A stretch of 64,000 bases of DNA from contig JBDRVN010000002.1 in the NCBI GenBank assembly GCA_039801885.1, forward strand, positions 2,057 through 66,056, written 5' to 3'. The translations under genes were made by a program, and so were the position numbers. A model generated the notes under the pieces. That model searched no databases. It worked only from the letters and a program-made list of their open reading frames with translations, and was not told the DNA's origin. The first letter of the stretch is position 1. Each line of letters opens with the position of its first letter. This DNA is from a candidate division WOR-3 bacterium. GTDB taxonomy: Bacteria > Hydrothermota > Tepidihabitantia > Tepidihabitantales > DTDR01. Positions 62,192 through 64,000 of this stretch are shown here, piece by piece.

Positions 62192-64000
62192 ATGTTTTTA
62201 TTTTTTTATCTCTTTAGTTATTTAGCCAATATTGAAAGAAGCAAAGCAATCTTTAATAATCCAAGTGGCTTGGGAATAAATTTTGGTTATGAAATTTATT
62301 TTTCCAAAAAGATAGATCAAGACACCTTTTTAAAAGTTGGAATTTCTTTAAATAATTTTGGTTTTGGTTTTGAAAAGAAAAATGGTTTAAATAATTACCT
62401 TTTTGGCGTTGGTTTACCGATAAACAAAAATTTCTTTTTAGGTTATTGTTACAAATATATTGAAAAATTAAATGAGTCAAATCATTTAGCAGGATTTATT
62501 TTCCGTCCAGCAAATTTTTTATCTTTTTCTTTTAATTATAATTCAGAAAAAGATTTTAATTTTGGTATCGGTTTAAGACCATTTAGTGAAAGGATAAATT
62601 TTTATTTTGATTATTATAAGAATTCTCATTATCTTTTCGGAAGCGAAATTGAGATACTTAATGGATTTTTAATAAAAGGAGAAGTTGATAAAGAGAAAAA
62701 TTTTAATTTGGGGATAAGTTTCTCTTTTCCTAATTTTAAAATCTCTTCAAAATACGGCAAAAAATTAAAAGAGATTGAATTCTTTTTATCAAAAGAAAGA
62801 TATCCAACGATTTTTAAGAGACCAAAAAAATTGATAGAAATCGCTCTTTCCGGTAATTACGAAGAAGATTATTATGAGCAATCTTTATTTTTTAAAAAAC
62901 GAACACCAAGATTTTATCTTTTAATAAAAAACTTAGAAGAGATTTTAAAGAAAGAAGATGTTTGTGGGATTTTTATTCGTCTGAAAGATTATTATCTATC
63001 TTCTGCCCAATATGAAGAATTGAGAGAAATTCTTTTAGAAATGAAAAATAAGGGGAAGAAGATTATTTTTTATACTGATTATTATAAAAGTTTATTAGAG
63101 TACCAAATTGTTTCTCTTGGTGATTATTTGATTTTAAATAAAGGCGGCGAAGTGGTTATTCCTGGTATTTTATTAAAGAAATATTATATAAAGAAATTGT
63201 TAGAAAAAATAGGTGGAGAGATAGAAGTTTTAGCGATTGGCAAATATAAATCAGCAAAAGAATTATTTACAAGAGAAAGCATGTCGGAAGAGGATAAAGA
63301 ACAACTTAATGAAATTCTCGATGTTATTTATTCAAAAATAAAAGAAAATATTAAGGAAACAAGAATAAAAGAAAGAGATTTGGATAGTTTAATAAATTAT
63401 TATGGTTATTTTAATGAAGAATCAGCAAGAGAATTTGGATTGATTGATACGGTTTTATATCCGAAAGATGTTGATGAATTTTTAAAGAAATATACAAAAG
63501 TTAAAAAGATAAAAATAGAAAAATATTTAGGTGAAAAAGAAATAGAGAGAAGTTGGTTAAAAAAGAAAAAGAAGATTGCTTTAGTAATTGCAGAAGGAAC
63601 GATTGTTGACGGTAGAAGTGGTTATGATCCCACACCGTTAATCGGTGGAAAATATATTGGTTCAGAGACAATGGAGGATATTTTTAAGAGATTAAAAAAG
63701 GATAAATCAATAAAAGCCGTTATTTTTAGGATAAATTCCGGTGGCGGTTCAGCAAGTGCTTCGGAAATAATTGCTAATGCGGTAAAGAAATGTGATGAGA
63801 AAAAACCGGTAATTGTTTCAATGGGAAATGTAGCAGCTTCCGGCGGCTATTATATCGCTTGTTTGGCAAGAAAAATCCTTGCTGATAATTCGACAATCAC
63901 TGGTTCGATCGGTATTTTTAGTATCAAATTTGTTGCCAAAAAATTATATGAGGATAAATTGGGAATTACCTTTGACTATTTAAAAAGAGGAGAAATGGTT
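62192..64000 (+). CDS. sppA: Signal peptide peptidase SppA (S49 family), partial, with N-terminal beta-rich extension
   Basis: Own translation is in frame from the ATG at 62192 to the window end. The SppA tandem ClpP-like domains are IALVIAEGTIVDG, VIFRINSGGGSASASE and MGNVAASGGYYIA. The first 200 aa or so are beta-strand-rich, with NFGxG motifs. It is not in the ORF track because there is no stop within the window. Confidence 0.7.
   Translation, partial: MFLFFYLFSYLANIERSKAIFNNPSGLGINFGYEIYFSKKIDQDTFLKVGISLNNFGFGFEKKNGLNNYLFGVGLPINKNFFLGYCYKYIEKLNESNHLAGFIFRPANFLSFSFNYNSEKDFNFGIGLRPFSERINFYFDYYKNSHYLFGSEIEILNGFLIKGEVDKEKNFNLGISFSFPNFKISSKYGKKLKEIEFFLSKERYPTIFKRPKKLIEIALSGNYEEDYYEQSLFFKKRTPRFYLLIKNLEEILKKEDVCGIFIRLKDYYLSSAQYEELREILLEMKNKGKKIIFYTDYYKSLLEYQIVSLGDYLILNKGGEVVIPGILLKKYYIKKLLEKIGGEIEVLAIGKYKSAKELFTRESMSEEDKEQLNEILDVIYSKIKENIKETRIKERDLDSLINYYGYFNEESAREFGLIDTVLYPKDVDEFLKKYTKVKKIKIEKYLGEKEIERSWLKKKKKIALVIAEGTIVDGRSGYDPTPLIGGKYIGSETMEDIFKRLKKDKSIKAVIFRINSGGGSASASEIIANAVKKCDEKKPVIVSMGNVAASGGYYIACLARKILADNSTITGSIGIFSIKFVAKKLYEDKLGITFDYLKRGEMV

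Overview
This window is an AT-rich (roughly 30% GC) chromosomal segment from an uncultivated-looking diderm anaerobe, and it is almost entirely coding.

**Housekeeping genes:**
- tsaD, acpS, surE, dprA, obg, coaD, rsmD, pyrG, topA, lysC, scpB, htrA and a priA-like gene.
- An LPS and outer-membrane block: an LpxL-like acyltransferase, then lptC-lptA-lptB-rpoN, followed by a TamA/BamA-like gene and a TamB-like gene.

**Anaerobe markers:**
- A flavodiiron protein next to an unlisted 54-aa rubredoxin.
- Selenocysteine decoding machinery: a 95-nt tRNA-Sec (selC, UCA anticodon, 8-bp acceptor stem) and a selB gene fused onto the 3' end of the lptB-rpoN cluster.

**RNA genes:**
- tRNA-Ala(CGC), tRNA-Gly(CCC), tRNA-Sec(UCA) on the minus strand, and tRNA-Ser(GGA).
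- A 16S rRNA at about 34.6-36.2 kb that is unlinked from a 23S-5S pair at about 58.1-61.3 kb.
- The two rRNA loci carry near-identical promoter and leader modules.

**Points worth a second look:**
- A higher-GC, archaeal-type polyamine module: pyruvoyl arginine decarboxylase, a deoxyhypusine-synthase-like gene, and an MTH1187/YkoF gene.
- An uncharacterised small-protein paralog family with three copies, two of them in tandem. The tandem pair sits next to a ribbon-helix-helix gene flanked by direct repeats and to tRNA-Ser.
- A recurring TGCGACA intergenic motif, including a perfect palindrome.
- Two long-range GC-rich hairpins.
- An 882-aa secreted beta-propeller protein with a T9SS-like C-terminal domain.
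- A PriA homolog with degenerate ATPase motifs.
- A partial SppA with an N-terminal beta-rich extension.

No CRISPR array, transposase or integrase was seen. Coordinates that I derived by hand, rather than taken from the ORF track, may be off by 1-2 nt.
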